From: an uncultured Arcobacteraceae bacterium
GTDB taxonomy: Bacteria; Campylobacterota; Campylobacteria; Campylobacterales; Arcobacteraceae
Direction: 5' to 3'
DNA: 64,000 bases
Assembly: GCA_964022095.1 (NCBI GenBank)
Contig: CAXHZO010000007.1
Location: forward strand, 19,391-83,390
Under the pieces are notes generated by a model, which did no database searches, was not told the origin of the DNA, and saw nothing but the letters and a program-made list of their open reading frames with translations. Numbering within the stretch: the first letter of the stretch is position 1; the number at the start of each line of letters is the position of its first letter. Shown here piece by piece: positions 18,000 through 27,631 of this stretch. A program made the position numbers and the translations under genes.

Positions 18000-19124
18000 A
18001 TGGAAAAAGAACTACAACTAAAAGATTTGTATGATGGTTTTAGAGATCCTAAAACTATTAAAGCATATAAACAAATAATAGATAAAGATTTAGAAAATTA
18101 TGATGGAATCATAAATATTATGGAAGTATGTGGTGGTCATACTCATACTATTATGAAATATGGTATCCCTCAATTGTTAAATAAAAAAATAAACTTTATT
18201 CATGGACCAGGATGTCCAGTTTGTGTTATGCCAAAAGATAGAATTGATAGTGCATACGAATTAAGCTTACAAGAAGATGTGATACTTGTAACACTTGGGG
18301 ATATGATTAAAGTACCTGGTAGTAAAGGAAGCTTACAAAAAGCAAGAAGCCAAGGTGCTGATGTAAGGTTTGTTTACTCACCTATGGATTGTATTAAAAT
18401 AGCCCAAGAAAATCCATCTAAAACTATAGTATTTTTTGCAATAGGATTTGAAACAACTACACCAATGACTTGTTCTTTATTAGAGCAAGTAATAAAACAA
18501 GAAATTCCAAATATTTTATTTCATATAAATCATATTACAGTTCCAGAAGTAATGAGAGTATTAGTTCAAAGTGATGATTGTAAAATAGATTCTTTTTTAG
18601 GCCCTTCTCACGTAAGTGTTATAAGTGGAAGTAAGATATATGAAGAGTTCCCTAAAGATTACAATAAGCCAGTTGTAGTAGCAGGGTTTGAGCCAGTTGA
18701 TGTTATGCAAGCTATATCTATGACAGTTAAGCAGTTTATTGAAAATAGAAGTGATTTAGAAGTAGAGTACAAAAGGCTTGTATCATATGAGGGTAATTTA
18801 AAAGCTCAAGAAAAAATAGAAAAGTTCTTTAAAAAAGTACCTTTTAAATTTAGAGGTGTAGGTGAAGTTGAAAATAGTGGTTATGAACTTAAAGATGAAT
18901 ATAGTAAATATAACGCAAAAATAGTTTATAAAGATGTATTACCTACAAAAGAAGTAAAAGAAAACAAAGCATGTAAATGTCCAGAGATCTTAAAAGGGGT
19001 TGCAAAACCTACAGATTGTAAGATATTTGGGACTGTATGTACTCCTACAAATCCAATTGGATCATGTATGGTAAGTAGTGAAGGTGCTTGTAGTGCTTAT
19101 TATAAATATGGAAACTTAATATAG
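18000..19124 (+). CDS. hypD: hydrogenase maturation protein HypD
   Basis: Motifs CGGHTH, GPGCPVCV and GFETT, plus C-terminal Cys cluster. Confidence 0.95.
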   Translation: MEKELQLKDLYDGFRDPKTIKAYKQIIDKDLENYDGIINIMEVCGGHTHTIMKYGIPQLLNKKINFIHGPGCPVCVMPKDRIDSAYELSLQEDVILVTLGDMIKVPGSKGSLQKARSQGADVRFVYSPMDCIKIAQENPSKTIVFFAIGFETTTPMTCSLLEQVIKQEIPNILFHINHITVPEVMRVLVQSDDCKIDSFLGPSHVSVISGSKIYEEFPKDYNKPVVVAGFEPVDVMQAISMTVKQFIENRSDLEVEYKRLVSYEGNLKAQEKIEKFFKKVPFKFRGVGEVENSGYELKDEYSKYNAKIVYKDVLPTKEVKENKACKCPEILKGVAKPTDCKIFGTVCTPTNPIGSCMVSSEGACSAYYKYGNLI

Positions 19125-19136
19125 TATTTAAAAATA

Positions 19137-19188
19137 AGTACTTTTAATATATATTTTATATGACCAATGTTAGAATACTAAAAGTACT
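19137..19188. repeat. 10-bp perfect inverted repeat AGTACTTTTA / TAAAAGTACT in the hypD-ATPase spacer
   Basis: Arms at 19137-19146 and 19179-19188, 32 nt apart. The right arm is embedded in CTAAAAGTAC (19178-19187), identical to the core of the motif at 5123-5132. Confidence 0.4.
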
Positions 19189-19212
19189 AAAAAATAAATA
19201 CTAAGGTATAAA

Positions 19213-20310
19213 ATGAAATCGCCATTTCCATATGAGACAATAGCTCAGAGTTCAACCTTCTATGGCAGAGATAAAGAACTAGAATCTTTAGGTAAATATA
19301 TCAAGACATCAAACAATATATTAATTCATTCAAAAAGAAGAATGGGTAAAAGTACACTAATACAAGAGTTGTTTAGAAGAGTATCTACTGATTATTCTTG
19401 TATATACTGTGATATATTTGATATTACTTCAAAAGAGGATTTTGCGAAGTTATTATTAAAATCAATATCTAATATAGAACAAAATGATTTTAAAGAGATG
19501 TTTAGAAAGTTTAGCTTACTTTTTAAAAGAGTAAGAGTAGAGCCATCATTTGATCCAAATAGTTCAAAGTTCTCTTTAAAGCCAGTTGTGTCAACTCTTA
19601 GTTTTGATGAGATGATGGAAGATTTCTTTATAGCCTTAGAGCAAATATCTAGTGAAAGAAAAGTAATATTTGCAATAGATGAGTTTCAGCAAATATCACT
19701 TATTGGAGATATTAAAATAGATGCACTTTTAAGAAAGTATATGCAAAATACTCAAAATGTATCTTGGGTATTTTTAGGTTCAAAAAGACATCTATTAACT
19801 TCACTATTTGAATATAAAGCACCACTATATGAAATGGCAACTCATTTTGAATTACAACCTTTAGAAATAATGGAAGTATATGAGTATGTGTCAAAGCATT
19901 TAAATATCAATTATGAGTTAGTTAAGTATATATATGAAAGAAGTGATAGTGAAACAAAATTATTACAAAATATATGTCATATCTTGTGGTTAGAACAAAA
20001 AGATAAAGAGATAAAAAAAGAGTTCATTGATGAGGTTATACAACAAATCATAAATTCTAAAGAGTCAAGCTATAGACTAATATACGATATGTTAAATAAC
20101 AATCAAAAAATAGCACTTAAAATTCTTGCTAAGTATAAAAAGAAAATATACACACAAGAGGTATTAGATGAGTTTAATATCAAAAAACAAACACTACAAT
20201 CATCACTAAAAGCTTTATTTGATAGAGAGATTGTAGATAAAAATAGTGAAGACATATATATACCAGATAGAACTTTAGAGTTATGGTTAGAAAATAGATT
20301 TAATGATTAA
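19213..20310 (+). CDS. AAA-type ATP-binding protein (archaeal-ATPase/PF01637-like, C-terminal winged-helix-like region) inserted in the hyp operon
   Basis: N-terminal FYGRDKELESL followed by P-loop SKRRMGKSTL. Walker B-like VIFAIDEFQQI. The helical C-terminus resembles a wHTH. Confidence 0.65.
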   Translation: MKSPFPYETIAQSSTFYGRDKELESLGKYIKTSNNILIHSKRRMGKSTLIQELFRRVSTDYSCIYCDIFDITSKEDFAKLLLKSISNIEQNDFKEMFRKFSLLFKRVRVEPSFDPNSSKFSLKPVVSTLSFDEMMEDFFIALEQISSERKVIFAIDEFQQISLIGDIKIDALLRKYMQNTQNVSWVFLGSKRHLLTSLFEYKAPLYEMATHFELQPLEIMEVYEYVSKHLNINYELVKYIYERSDSETKLLQNICHILWLEQKDKEIKKEFIDEVIQQIINSKESSYRLIYDMLNNNQKIALKILAKYKKKIYTQEVLDEFNIKKQTLQSSLKALFDREIVDKNSEDIYIPDRTLELWLENRFND

Positions 20311-20325
20311 AAAGGAAAGATATAA

Positions 20326-21321
20326 ATGAAGACTATTACATTAGCACATGGTAACGGAGGTGCAGAAAATAATGAACTTATTAGTAAAGTATTTTATAAT
20401 GCCTTTAAAAATGAGACCTTAGAAAAAAGTGAAGATGCAGCTGTTATTCACAATGGTGAACTTGCTTTTAGTACAGATTCATTTACTGTTAGCCCACTTT
20501 TTTTTAATGGGGCTGATATTGGAAAACTTGCAGTTTGTGGAACTTGTAATGACTTAACTATGATGGGAGCAAAACCTAAATACCTAACTTGTAGTGTAAT
20601 TATAGAAGAGGGCTTTGAAATAGCACAATTAGAGAAAATAGTTGACTCTATGAAAACTGAGCTAGCAAAAAATGAAGCAATAGTTGTAAGTGGAGATACA
20701 AAGGTAGTTCCAAAAGGCGCAGTTGATAAAATCTTTATAAATACAACTGGTGTTGGAGAGATTTTATACAAAGGTATTAGCTCAAATAATATCACAACTA
20801 ATGATGTGATATTAGTAAGTAGAGATATCGGAGCTCATGGTGCTACAATATTTACTGCACGTGAAGGAATGGATATAAATTCAAATCTAAAAAGTGATTG
20901 TAACTCTTTATATCCACAAGTAAAAGCTTTAATTGATTCAGGTATTAAAATAACTGCGCTAAGAGACGCTACAAGAGGTGGAGTTAGTGCAGTTTTGAAT
21001 GAGTGGGCAAAGCAATCTGATATTTGTATTGAAGTAGAAGAAGAAAGTATTCCTGTAAGTGATGAGGTAAAAGGAATTTGTGAGATGTTAGGTTTTGAAG
21101 CTACAAATCTTGCAAATGAAGGAACTTTTGTACTTGCAGTTCCTAAAGATGATGCATCAAAAGCAATAGAAGTATTACATACTTTTAATGAAGCAAAAAA
21201 TGCATGTATAATAGGAAAAGTTACAAGTCAATATGATAAAAAAGTAGTATTAAACTCTTCATGGGGTACAAAAAGATTCTTAGATACACCAACTGGTGAA
21301 TTACTTCCAAGGATATGTTAG
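20326..21321 (+). CDS. hypE: hydrogenase maturation carbamoyl dehydratase HypE
   Basis: AIR-synthase-like fold (LAHGNGG). Invariant C-terminal PRIC. Confidence 0.95.
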   Translation: MKTITLAHGNGGAENNELISKVFYNAFKNETLEKSEDAAVIHNGELAFSTDSFTVSPLFFNGADIGKLAVCGTCNDLTMMGAKPKYLTCSVIIEEGFEIAQLEKIVDSMKTELAKNEAIVVSGDTKVVPKGAVDKIFINTTGVGEILYKGISSNNITTNDVILVSRDIGAHGATIFTAREGMDINSNLKSDCNSLYPQVKALIDSGIKITALRDATRGGVSAVLNEWAKQSDICIEVEEESIPVSDEVKGICEMLGFEATNLANEGTFVLAVPKDDASKAIEVLHTFNEAKNACIIGKVTSQYDKKVVLNSSWGTKRFLDTPTGELLPRIC

Positions 21322-21663
21322 ATGCACGAATACTCAATAGTTCAATCTCTTTTAGAGTCTTGTGAAGAACATGCAAAATCAAATGAAGCTTCAAAAGTTA
21401 CAAAAGTAGTAGTTAAAATTGGAGTTTTAAGTGGAGTAGAACCAGATTTATTAAAAACTGCATTTGATACTTTCAAAGAACAAACTGTTTGTCATAATGC
21501 AATCTTTGATATGAATATACAGAAGGTTCAAATACTCTGTCATGATTGTCAAACTACTTCAATACTAGATAAAAATGAATTTTCATGTCCATCTTGTCAA
21601 AGTGTAAATGTAGAAGTAAAAGACGGTGAAGATATGTATCTTATGAGTTTGGAAATGGAATAA
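21322..21663 (+). CDS. hypA: hydrogenase nickel insertion protein HypA
   Basis: N-terminal MHEYSI Ni-binding motif. Zn site CHDCQ...CPSCQ. Confidence 0.9.
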   Translation: MHEYSIVQSLLESCEEHAKSNEASKVTKVVVKIGVLSGVEPDLLKTAFDTFKEQTVCHNAIFDMNIQKVQILCHDCQTTSILDKNEFSCPSCQSVNVEVKDGEDMYLMSLEME

Positions 21664-21760
21664 ATTGACCTTACTATTATTCGATAATTAGAATCAATTT
21701 CTTTTCTTTTATTAAAATATGCTACTATAACATGATAAGACCTTTAGAAGTAGGTGTGTT

Positions 21761-21931
21761 ATGAAAAAAATAACTTTAGAAAAATTAATATATAAAAACT
21801 ATTTGAAAACTTCTTTAGCTTCAATTATATTTATTGAACTAGTTTTAGTCATGACTTATTTTATTGTAAATAATCACATGATAAATAAAACTATTGATTT
21901 TATATTAGTAGATTTAAAAAAAAACCACTAA
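21761..21931 (+). CDS. N-terminal fragment (TM helix 1) of the diguanylate cyclase gene, cut off by a frameshift
   Basis: ATG 21761 gives MKKITLEKLIYKNYLKTSLASIIFIELVLVMTYFIV..., ending at TAA 21929-21931 just after an A9 tract. Confidence 0.5.
   Translation: MKKITLEKLIYKNYLKTSLASIIFIELVLVMTYFIVNNHMINKTIDFILVDLKKNH
21916..21924 (+). repeat. A9 homopolymer at the frameshift point
   Basis: Nine consecutive A. Loss of one A fuses the 21761 frame to the 21993 frame (..DLKKTTNNIVNEKSK..). Confidence 0.9.
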
Positions 21932-21992
21932 TAATATAGTTAATGAAAAGTCCAAGATTTTAAATAAAAAACTAGAAAATGTTGAATCCTTA

Positions 21993-23663
21993 TTGTATAT
22001 TGTACAAAAAGAGCATCAAAACTTTTTTTCAAATAAAATTAATTTGGTACCTAAAAAAGAGATTGAATATAAATTTGCAAAAAATGGGATGTATTATAAA
22101 CTTATTGATAATGGTGGCTCTTCTGTTGTTGTATCAAATGAGACTAAAATAGATGACTCTTTAAAAACAGAATTACAAAACAGTGAGTTTTTTGATACTA
22201 CATTTAAAACAATAGTTAATCATGATAAAGATTTTGTAGCAATTTATTTTAATTCTTATAAAAATTATAATAGATACTATCCTTTTTTAAATAATGTTTA
22301 TGAAGTCTTTCCATCAGATATAACTATGACAGACTATAATTTTTATTATTTAGCTAATGAAATAAATAATCCTGAAAAAAAAGTTATATGGACTGATATA
22401 TATTTAGATCCGGCAAAAAAAGGTTGGTTAATTAGTGCCATTGCACCAATTTATGATAACAATAACAAACTTCAAGGGGTTACGGGCCTTGATATTACTT
22501 TAAATAACTTTTTAAACAGTTTTTTAGATTTAGATTTACCTTATGATGGGCAAACTTTAGTAATAAATGAGAATAAAGAAATCATTCTTATGCAAGAAGG
22601 TTTAAATAAAATTTTCGATTCTAATTTTATTAAAACATACAATTATAAAATTGATGAAAAAGTTTCTCAAACAATAATAAAAAAAGAGAATATAGATATA
22701 AATAGTGAAGGTTTCAATGAGTTTAAAGTATTTTTATCTAATCTTGGAAAGAATAAAAACTATAGCAGTCAAATAAAAATAAAAGATAAAGAGTATATTG
22801 TCTTTTCTGAAAAAATAGAAAAAGCACCATGGCATGTTATTTCATTTTTACAAAAAGATAAAATTACTTCAAATGTAAATACTTTAGAAAAAGATTATAA
22901 AATGATTGGGATAAGTATGATACTACTTATAATTGTATTTTATTTAGGATTTTTTGTTTTCTTAAGCAAAAAGGCAAAAGAGTTTGTTCTAATGATTGAA
23001 AAGCCATTGAAAGAGATAATTACATTAAGTAATAAGATACTAGAAACAAACAAAATAAAGAGATTCAAACCAACTGGAATAATAGACTTAGATATTTTAA
23101 TTAATAACTTTAATAAATTAGTGATATCTCTAAATTATAAAACTAAAAAACTAATTGAAGAAGAATCAAAAAGAATTTTTAATGAAAAACTAGCCAATAC
23201 TGATGTTTTAACTGGTTGTTTCAATAGAAGGTATTTAATTGATTTTTCAATTGAATATTTAAAAATTGTAAAAAGAAAAAAACTTTCTATGAGTATTATG
23301 ATGTTAGATTTGGATGATTTTAAATATATAAACGATACTTTTGGGCATAGCACAGGAGATAAAGTTTTAATAGATTTTGTCAAACTAATTAAACAAAATA
23401 TTAGAGAAAATGACTTGATAGTTAGATTAGGAGGAGATGAGTTTTTAGTTTTACTACCTAACACAAATATCAATGATGCAAAAATTGTTGCACAAAAAAT
23501 ATTAAGTAATCTTAGTAAAGAAAATATCAAGAGTGAGTTTAAAGTTAATACTAGTATTGGAATTGCAAAATATGAAGGAGATACTACAATTAATACAATT
23601 ATTTCAAGAGCTGATAATGCACTGTATCAAGCTAAAAGTTCTGGTAAGAATTGTATTGTTTAG
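21993..23663 (+). CDS. diguanylate cyclase with dCache-like periplasmic sensor domain (main body; frame open from 21918)
   Basis: Cache-type motif (WTDIYLDPAKKGWLISAIAPIY...LQGVTGLDI). Second TM helix. GGDEF domain (RLGGDEFLVLL, DHFKxIND-like DDFKYINDTFGH). Confidence 0.85.
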   Translation: MYIVQKEHQNFFSNKINLVPKKEIEYKFAKNGMYYKLIDNGGSSVVVSNETKIDDSLKTELQNSEFFDTTFKTIVNHDKDFVAIYFNSYKNYNRYYPFLNNVYEVFPSDITMTDYNFYYLANEINNPEKKVIWTDIYLDPAKKGWLISAIAPIYDNNNKLQGVTGLDITLNNFLNSFLDLDLPYDGQTLVINENKEIILMQEGLNKIFDSNFIKTYNYKIDEKVSQTIIKKENIDINSEGFNEFKVFLSNLGKNKNYSSQIKIKDKEYIVFSEKIEKAPWHVISFLQKDKITSNVNTLEKDYKMIGISMILLIIVFYLGFFVFLSKKAKEFVLMIEKPLKEIITLSNKILETNKIKRFKPTGIIDLDILINNFNKLVISLNYKTKKLIEEESKRIFNEKLANTDVLTGCFNRRYLIDFSIEYLKIVKRKKLSMSIMMLDLDDFKYINDTFGHSTGDKVLIDFVKLIKQNIRENDLIVRLGGDEFLVLLPNTNINDAKIVAQKILSNLSKENIKSEFKVNTSIGIAKYEGDTTINTIISRADNALYQAKSSGKNCIV

Positions 23664-23760
23664 TTTAATATATAATTTATGAACAACTTATATTCTTTTT
23701 TCATTTTATTTATAGTTTTTTTAAGATAAAATATTATTATAAAAATATAAAGGATTATTA

Positions 23761-24879
23761 ATGAAAAAACTTTTAAGTATTGCTCTTGCATCTGCTTTAA
23801 CCTGTTCATTTGCTATGTCAAAAGAAGTTAAGATTGGTGTTATTATGCCAATGTCAGGACCAATTGGTGGATTTGGACAAAGTGCTGTTGAAGGTTTGAA
23901 TGTTGCTCATGAAATGCAACCAAAATTAAAAAATGGTGATGATATTAAATTAGTTTTAATTGATAACAAGTCTGATAAAATTGAATCTGCAAATGGAGTA
24001 AGTAAACTAATTTCTTCAGATAAAGTAACTGCAATTATAGGTGCACTTACATCTACAAACACAATGGCAATGACTAAAATTGCAGAAAATGCAAAAGTTC
24101 CAGTTGTTGCTCCAGTTGCTACTAATATTTTAGTAACAAAAAGAAAAGATTTTATTTCAAGAGTTTGTTTTTCTGATGCATTCCAAGGTGAAGTTGCTGC
24201 AAATTTTGCAATAAAAAATTTAAAAGCTAAAAATGTTGTTTTAATCACTGATGTAAAACTTGATTATTCAATTGGAATTTCAAAAGTATTTAAAAGAGCT
24301 TTTAAATCATTAGATGGAAAACTTTTACAACAAGCAAGAATTAACTCTGGCGATACTGATTTTAAGGCAATGTTATCTAATATTAAAAAGTTAAACCCTG
24401 AATTGATTTTCTTCCCAATTTACTCTGCTGAAGCAGGACTTATTGCAAAACAAGCAAAACAATTAGGAATTACTGCAAAATTCTTAGGTACTGATGGTAT
24501 GACTGCTGATGATGTATTTTTTAAAGTAGGTGGAGATGCAGTTGAAGGATTCTATGCAACTGACCTTTACTCTCCAAGTGCTCCAAAAACAACTGACCTT
24601 TCAAAAGAGTATGAAAAAGCATACAAAGCTAAGTTAAATAAAGATGTTCACCCATTTGGTGTATTATCTGCTGATTCTTACAATGTAATTGTATCTGCAA
24701 TGAACAAATGTGAAGACCCAACTGATTCTGTATGTGTTAATAAAAACATTAGAGCAACAAAAGACTTCAAAGGTGCATCTGGTGTGATTACATTAGAAAA
24801 TGGTGATGCTGTAAGATCAGCTGTAATTAACCAAATCAAAAATGGTTCAAAAACTTATTTAACTACTGTTAATCCTTAA
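23761..24879 (+). CDS. livK: branched-chain amino acid ABC transporter substrate-binding protein
   Basis: Signal peptide. Type I periplasmic binding fold sequence (IKIGVIMPMSGP...). Followed by livHMGF. Confidence 0.8.
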   Translation: MKKLLSIALASALTCSFAMSKEVKIGVIMPMSGPIGGFGQSAVEGLNVAHEMQPKLKNGDDIKLVLIDNKSDKIESANGVSKLISSDKVTAIIGALTSTNTMAMTKIAENAKVPVVAPVATNILVTKRKDFISRVCFSDAFQGEVAANFAIKNLKAKNVVLITDVKLDYSIGISKVFKRAFKSLDGKLLQQARINSGDTDFKAMLSNIKKLNPELIFFPIYSAEAGLIAKQAKQLGITAKFLGTDGMTADDVFFKVGGDAVEGFYATDLYSPSAPKTTDLSKEYEKAYKAKLNKDVHPFGVLSADSYNVIVSAMNKCEDPTDSVCVNKNIRATKDFKGASGVITLENGDAVRSAVINQIKNGSKTYLTTVNP

Positions 24880-24902
24880 TATTGGTATTAAATAAAAACT
24901 TA

Positions 24903-24934
24903 AAAGGCTTTATATTTTATAAAGCCTTTTTTTC
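24903..24934 (+). terminator. rho-independent terminator/attenuator between livK and livH
   Basis: 12-bp stem AAAGGCTTTATA / TATAAAGCCTTT with a 3-nt loop, followed by a T-run. Confidence 0.6.
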
Positions 24935-24954
24935 TATAAAAAATTAGGAGACAA

Positions 24955-25851
24955 ATGGATTTTTTAACACTTATTCAACAGTTTATAAATGGAATAAGTC
25001 TTGGAAGTATGTACGCATTAATAGCTATTGGTTATACAATGGTGTATGGAGTTCTAAGACTTATAAACTTTGCTCACGCAGATATAATGATGGTTGGTGC
25101 TTTCTCTGCATTTTTTGCAGCAAGTACTTTTGAATTATCATTTAGTGTAAGTATTCTTTTTGCGATTGCAACATCTGTTATTATTGGTATTTTAACTGAT
25201 AAAATCGCATATAAACCACTTAGAAATTCTCCAAGAATTTCTTTATTGATCACTGCTATTGGTGTATCTTTCTTTTTAGAAAATATTGTAAATGTTACAT
25301 TTGGAGGTACTCCAAAATCTTTTACTGCACCAGAATTTTTTGATCAAACATTTACAATTGGAACAGCTATTTTGACTCCAACAGTTATTATAGTTCCTGT
25401 TATTACAATGATTTTATTAGCAATACTATTATTTATATTATTTAAAACAAAATATGGAGTTGCAATTAGAGCTTTAGCTTTTGACGTAAAAACAGTATCA
25501 CTTATGGGTGTTGATTCAAATAAAATTATTATGCTTGTATTTATTATTGGATCTGCACTTGCAGCTATCTCTGGAATATTTTGGGCTATTTCATATCCTA
25601 TCTTAACTCCATATATGGGTGTTATGATCGGTCTTAAAGCCTTTGCAGCAGCAGTTTTAGGTGGGATTGGTTCAGTTTCAGGGGCAGTTTTAGGTGGATT
25701 TATTTTAGGGTTTACAGAAGTAATGTTTGTGGCACTTTTCCCTGAAATGGGTGGATATAAAGATGCAATTGCATTTATATTTTTAATTTTTGTATTACTG
25801 TTTAAACCAACAGGTATTATGGGAATAAATTTTGAAAAGAGTAGGTTCTAA
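24955..25851 (+). CDS. livH: branched-chain amino acid ABC transporter permease LivH
   Basis: 298 aa polytopic protein with typical LivH N-terminus (QQFINGISLGSMYALIAIGYTMVYG). Confidence 0.9.
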   Translation: MDFLTLIQQFINGISLGSMYALIAIGYTMVYGVLRLINFAHADIMMVGAFSAFFAASTFELSFSVSILFAIATSVIIGILTDKIAYKPLRNSPRISLLITAIGVSFFLENIVNVTFGGTPKSFTAPEFFDQTFTIGTAILTPTVIIVPVITMILLAILLFILFKTKYGVAIRALAFDVKTVSLMGVDSNKIIMLVFIIGSALAAISGIFWAISYPILTPYMGVMIGLKAFAAAVLGGIGSVSGAVLGGFILGFTEVMFVALFPEMGGYKDAIAFIFLIFVLLFKPTGIMGINFEKSRF

Positions 25852-25853
25852 TC

Positions 25854-26867
25854 ATGACTATTAATAAAAATTTTCTAATCTACACATCTTTAAGTGTTTT
25901 GTTTTTATTTATAGCGCCATATCTTTTTGATGATTATGGAATGAGAATTATAAACAATATTTTTATATTTATAATTTTAGCAGCTTCATATAATCTTATT
26001 AATGGTGTTACAGGACAGTTTTCATTAGAACCAAATGGTTTTGTAGCAATTGGTGCTTATGTAACTGCTATTTGTTTATTAAGTGAAGATTTAAAGTGGG
26101 ATTTATATCAACTAGAAGATCCAGCTCCTTGGGTACTTGCACTTAATACTTCTTTAGTTCCAGCACTACTACTAAGTGGTATTGTTGCAACAATAGTTGC
26201 TGTTTGTTTAGCTGCCCCTGTATTTAGAGTAAGGGGAGATTATCTAGCTATTGTAACTCTTGGTTTTGGTTTCATTATTAAAGTTATTGCTATTAATCAA
26301 CCAGAAATTACAAATGGTAGTATTGGATTAAATGAAATTCCTGAATTAATCAATGTTTACTGGACAGGTGGAATTGCTATTATTACAGTAATTATTATGT
26401 TAAATATAGTTTATTCAAAGTTTGGTAGAGCTATGAAAGCTGTAAGAGATGATGAAGATGCTGCAAGTGCAATTGGTATTAATACATTTAAAATTAAAAC
26501 AATGGCATTTGGTACAAGTGCATTTTTTGAAGGAATTGGTGGAGGACTATTAGCAGTTCTTCTTACAACAATTTCTCCTGATTTATTTACGTTCTTCTTA
26601 ACATTCCAACTTCTAATTATAATCGTTCTTGGTGGACTTGGTTCTATGACAGGTGCAATTATAGGAACAATATTAGTAATTGGTGGAAGCGAATGGTTAA
26701 GATTCTTAGATGCTCCAATGAATCTTTTTGGATACCAAACAGATGCTCATCCTGGACTTAGAATGGTAGTATTCTCAATAATCTTAATTTTAGTTATGTT
26801 ATTTGCACGTGAGGGAATTATGGGAAAAAGAGAGTTAAGTGATATTTTTAAAAGGAAATCAAAATGA
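25854..26867 (+). CDS. livM: branched-chain amino acid ABC transporter permease LivM
   Basis: 337 aa polytopic protein with the LivM-type motif AVRDDEDAASAIGIN. Confidence 0.9.
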   Translation: MTINKNFLIYTSLSVLFLFIAPYLFDDYGMRIINNIFIFIILAASYNLINGVTGQFSLEPNGFVAIGAYVTAICLLSEDLKWDLYQLEDPAPWVLALNTSLVPALLLSGIVATIVAVCLAAPVFRVRGDYLAIVTLGFGFIIKVIAINQPEITNGSIGLNEIPELINVYWTGGIAIITVIIMLNIVYSKFGRAMKAVRDDEDAASAIGINTFKIKTMAFGTSAFFEGIGGGLLAVLLTTISPDLFTFFLTFQLLIIIVLGGLGSMTGAIIGTILVIGGSEWLRFLDAPMNLFGYQTDAHPGLRMVVFSIILILVMLFAREGIMGKRELSDIFKRKSK

Positions 26868-27631
26868 TTTTAGAGATTAAAAATATTACAAAAAGTTTTG
26901 GTGGTGTTGTGGCTATAAATGACACAACATTTCACATAAACAAAAATGAAATTTTTGGACTAATTGGACCTAATGGTGCAGGTAAAACAACAATGTTTAA
27001 TATTATCACAGGTAATTATAAACCCACTTCAGGTGAAGTTGTTTTAAATGGAAAAAGAATTACAAATAAAAAGAACTATAAAATCGTAAAAGAAGGAATT
27101 GCAAGAACATTCCAAAATATTAGACTTTTTTCTTCAATGAGTGTTTTAGATAATGTACTTATTGGTTTAGATAGTAGTGCAAAATATACTTATTTAGAGT
27201 CTATTTTTAGGTTACCACGATTTTTTTCAAAAGAAAAACAGATTAAAGATAGAGCAATTGAAATTTTAGATTTTCTAGGGATTGCTCATCAAAAAGATGA
27301 ATTAGCAACTTCTCTATCTTATGGACAACAAAGAAAGGTAGAAATAGCAAGAGCATTAGCTACTAATCCTAGTTTACTTTTACTTGATGAACCAGCAGCT
27401 GGTATGAACCCAAATGAAACAAAAGAATTAGCACAACTTTTATTTGATATTAGAGATAAGTTTGATATTACAATTTTACTCATTGAACATGATATGAAGT
27501 TTGTAAACCACTTATGTGATAGGGTTATGGTTTTAGATTATGGTAAGACTATTTTTGAAGGTCATATTGAAGATGCCATAAAAGATGAAGAGGTTATTAA
27601 AGCCTATCTTGGAGATTTTAAACATGCTTAA
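26864..27631 (+). CDS. livG: branched-chain amino acid ABC transporter ATPase LivG
   Basis: Walker A GPNGAGKTT, signature LSYGQQR, Walker B LLLDEPAAG. Confidence 0.9.
   Translation: MILEIKNITKSFGGVVAINDTTFHINKNEIFGLIGPNGAGKTTMFNIITGNYKPTSGEVVLNGKRITNKKNYKIVKEGIARTFQNIRLFSSMSVLDNVLIGLDSSAKYTYLESIFRLPRFFSKEKQIKDRAIEILDFLGIAHQKDELATSLSYGQQRKVEIARALATNPSLLLLDEPAAGMNPNETKELAQLLFDIRDKFDITILLIEHDMKFVNHLCDRVMVLDYGKTIFEGHIEDAIKDEEVIKAYLGDFKHA

Noticed and set aside
27585-27623. Upstream extension of livF. Similar extensions exist for the membrane protein gene (62355-62453) and rluD (57884-57919, TTG).
   Set aside because: The extensions overlap the preceding or divergent gene and lack family-typical sequence. 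Internal ATGs give canonical N-termini (MLKVKNLEV..., MMMKINQ..., MNKNFIVES...) with stop-start coupling or an SD.
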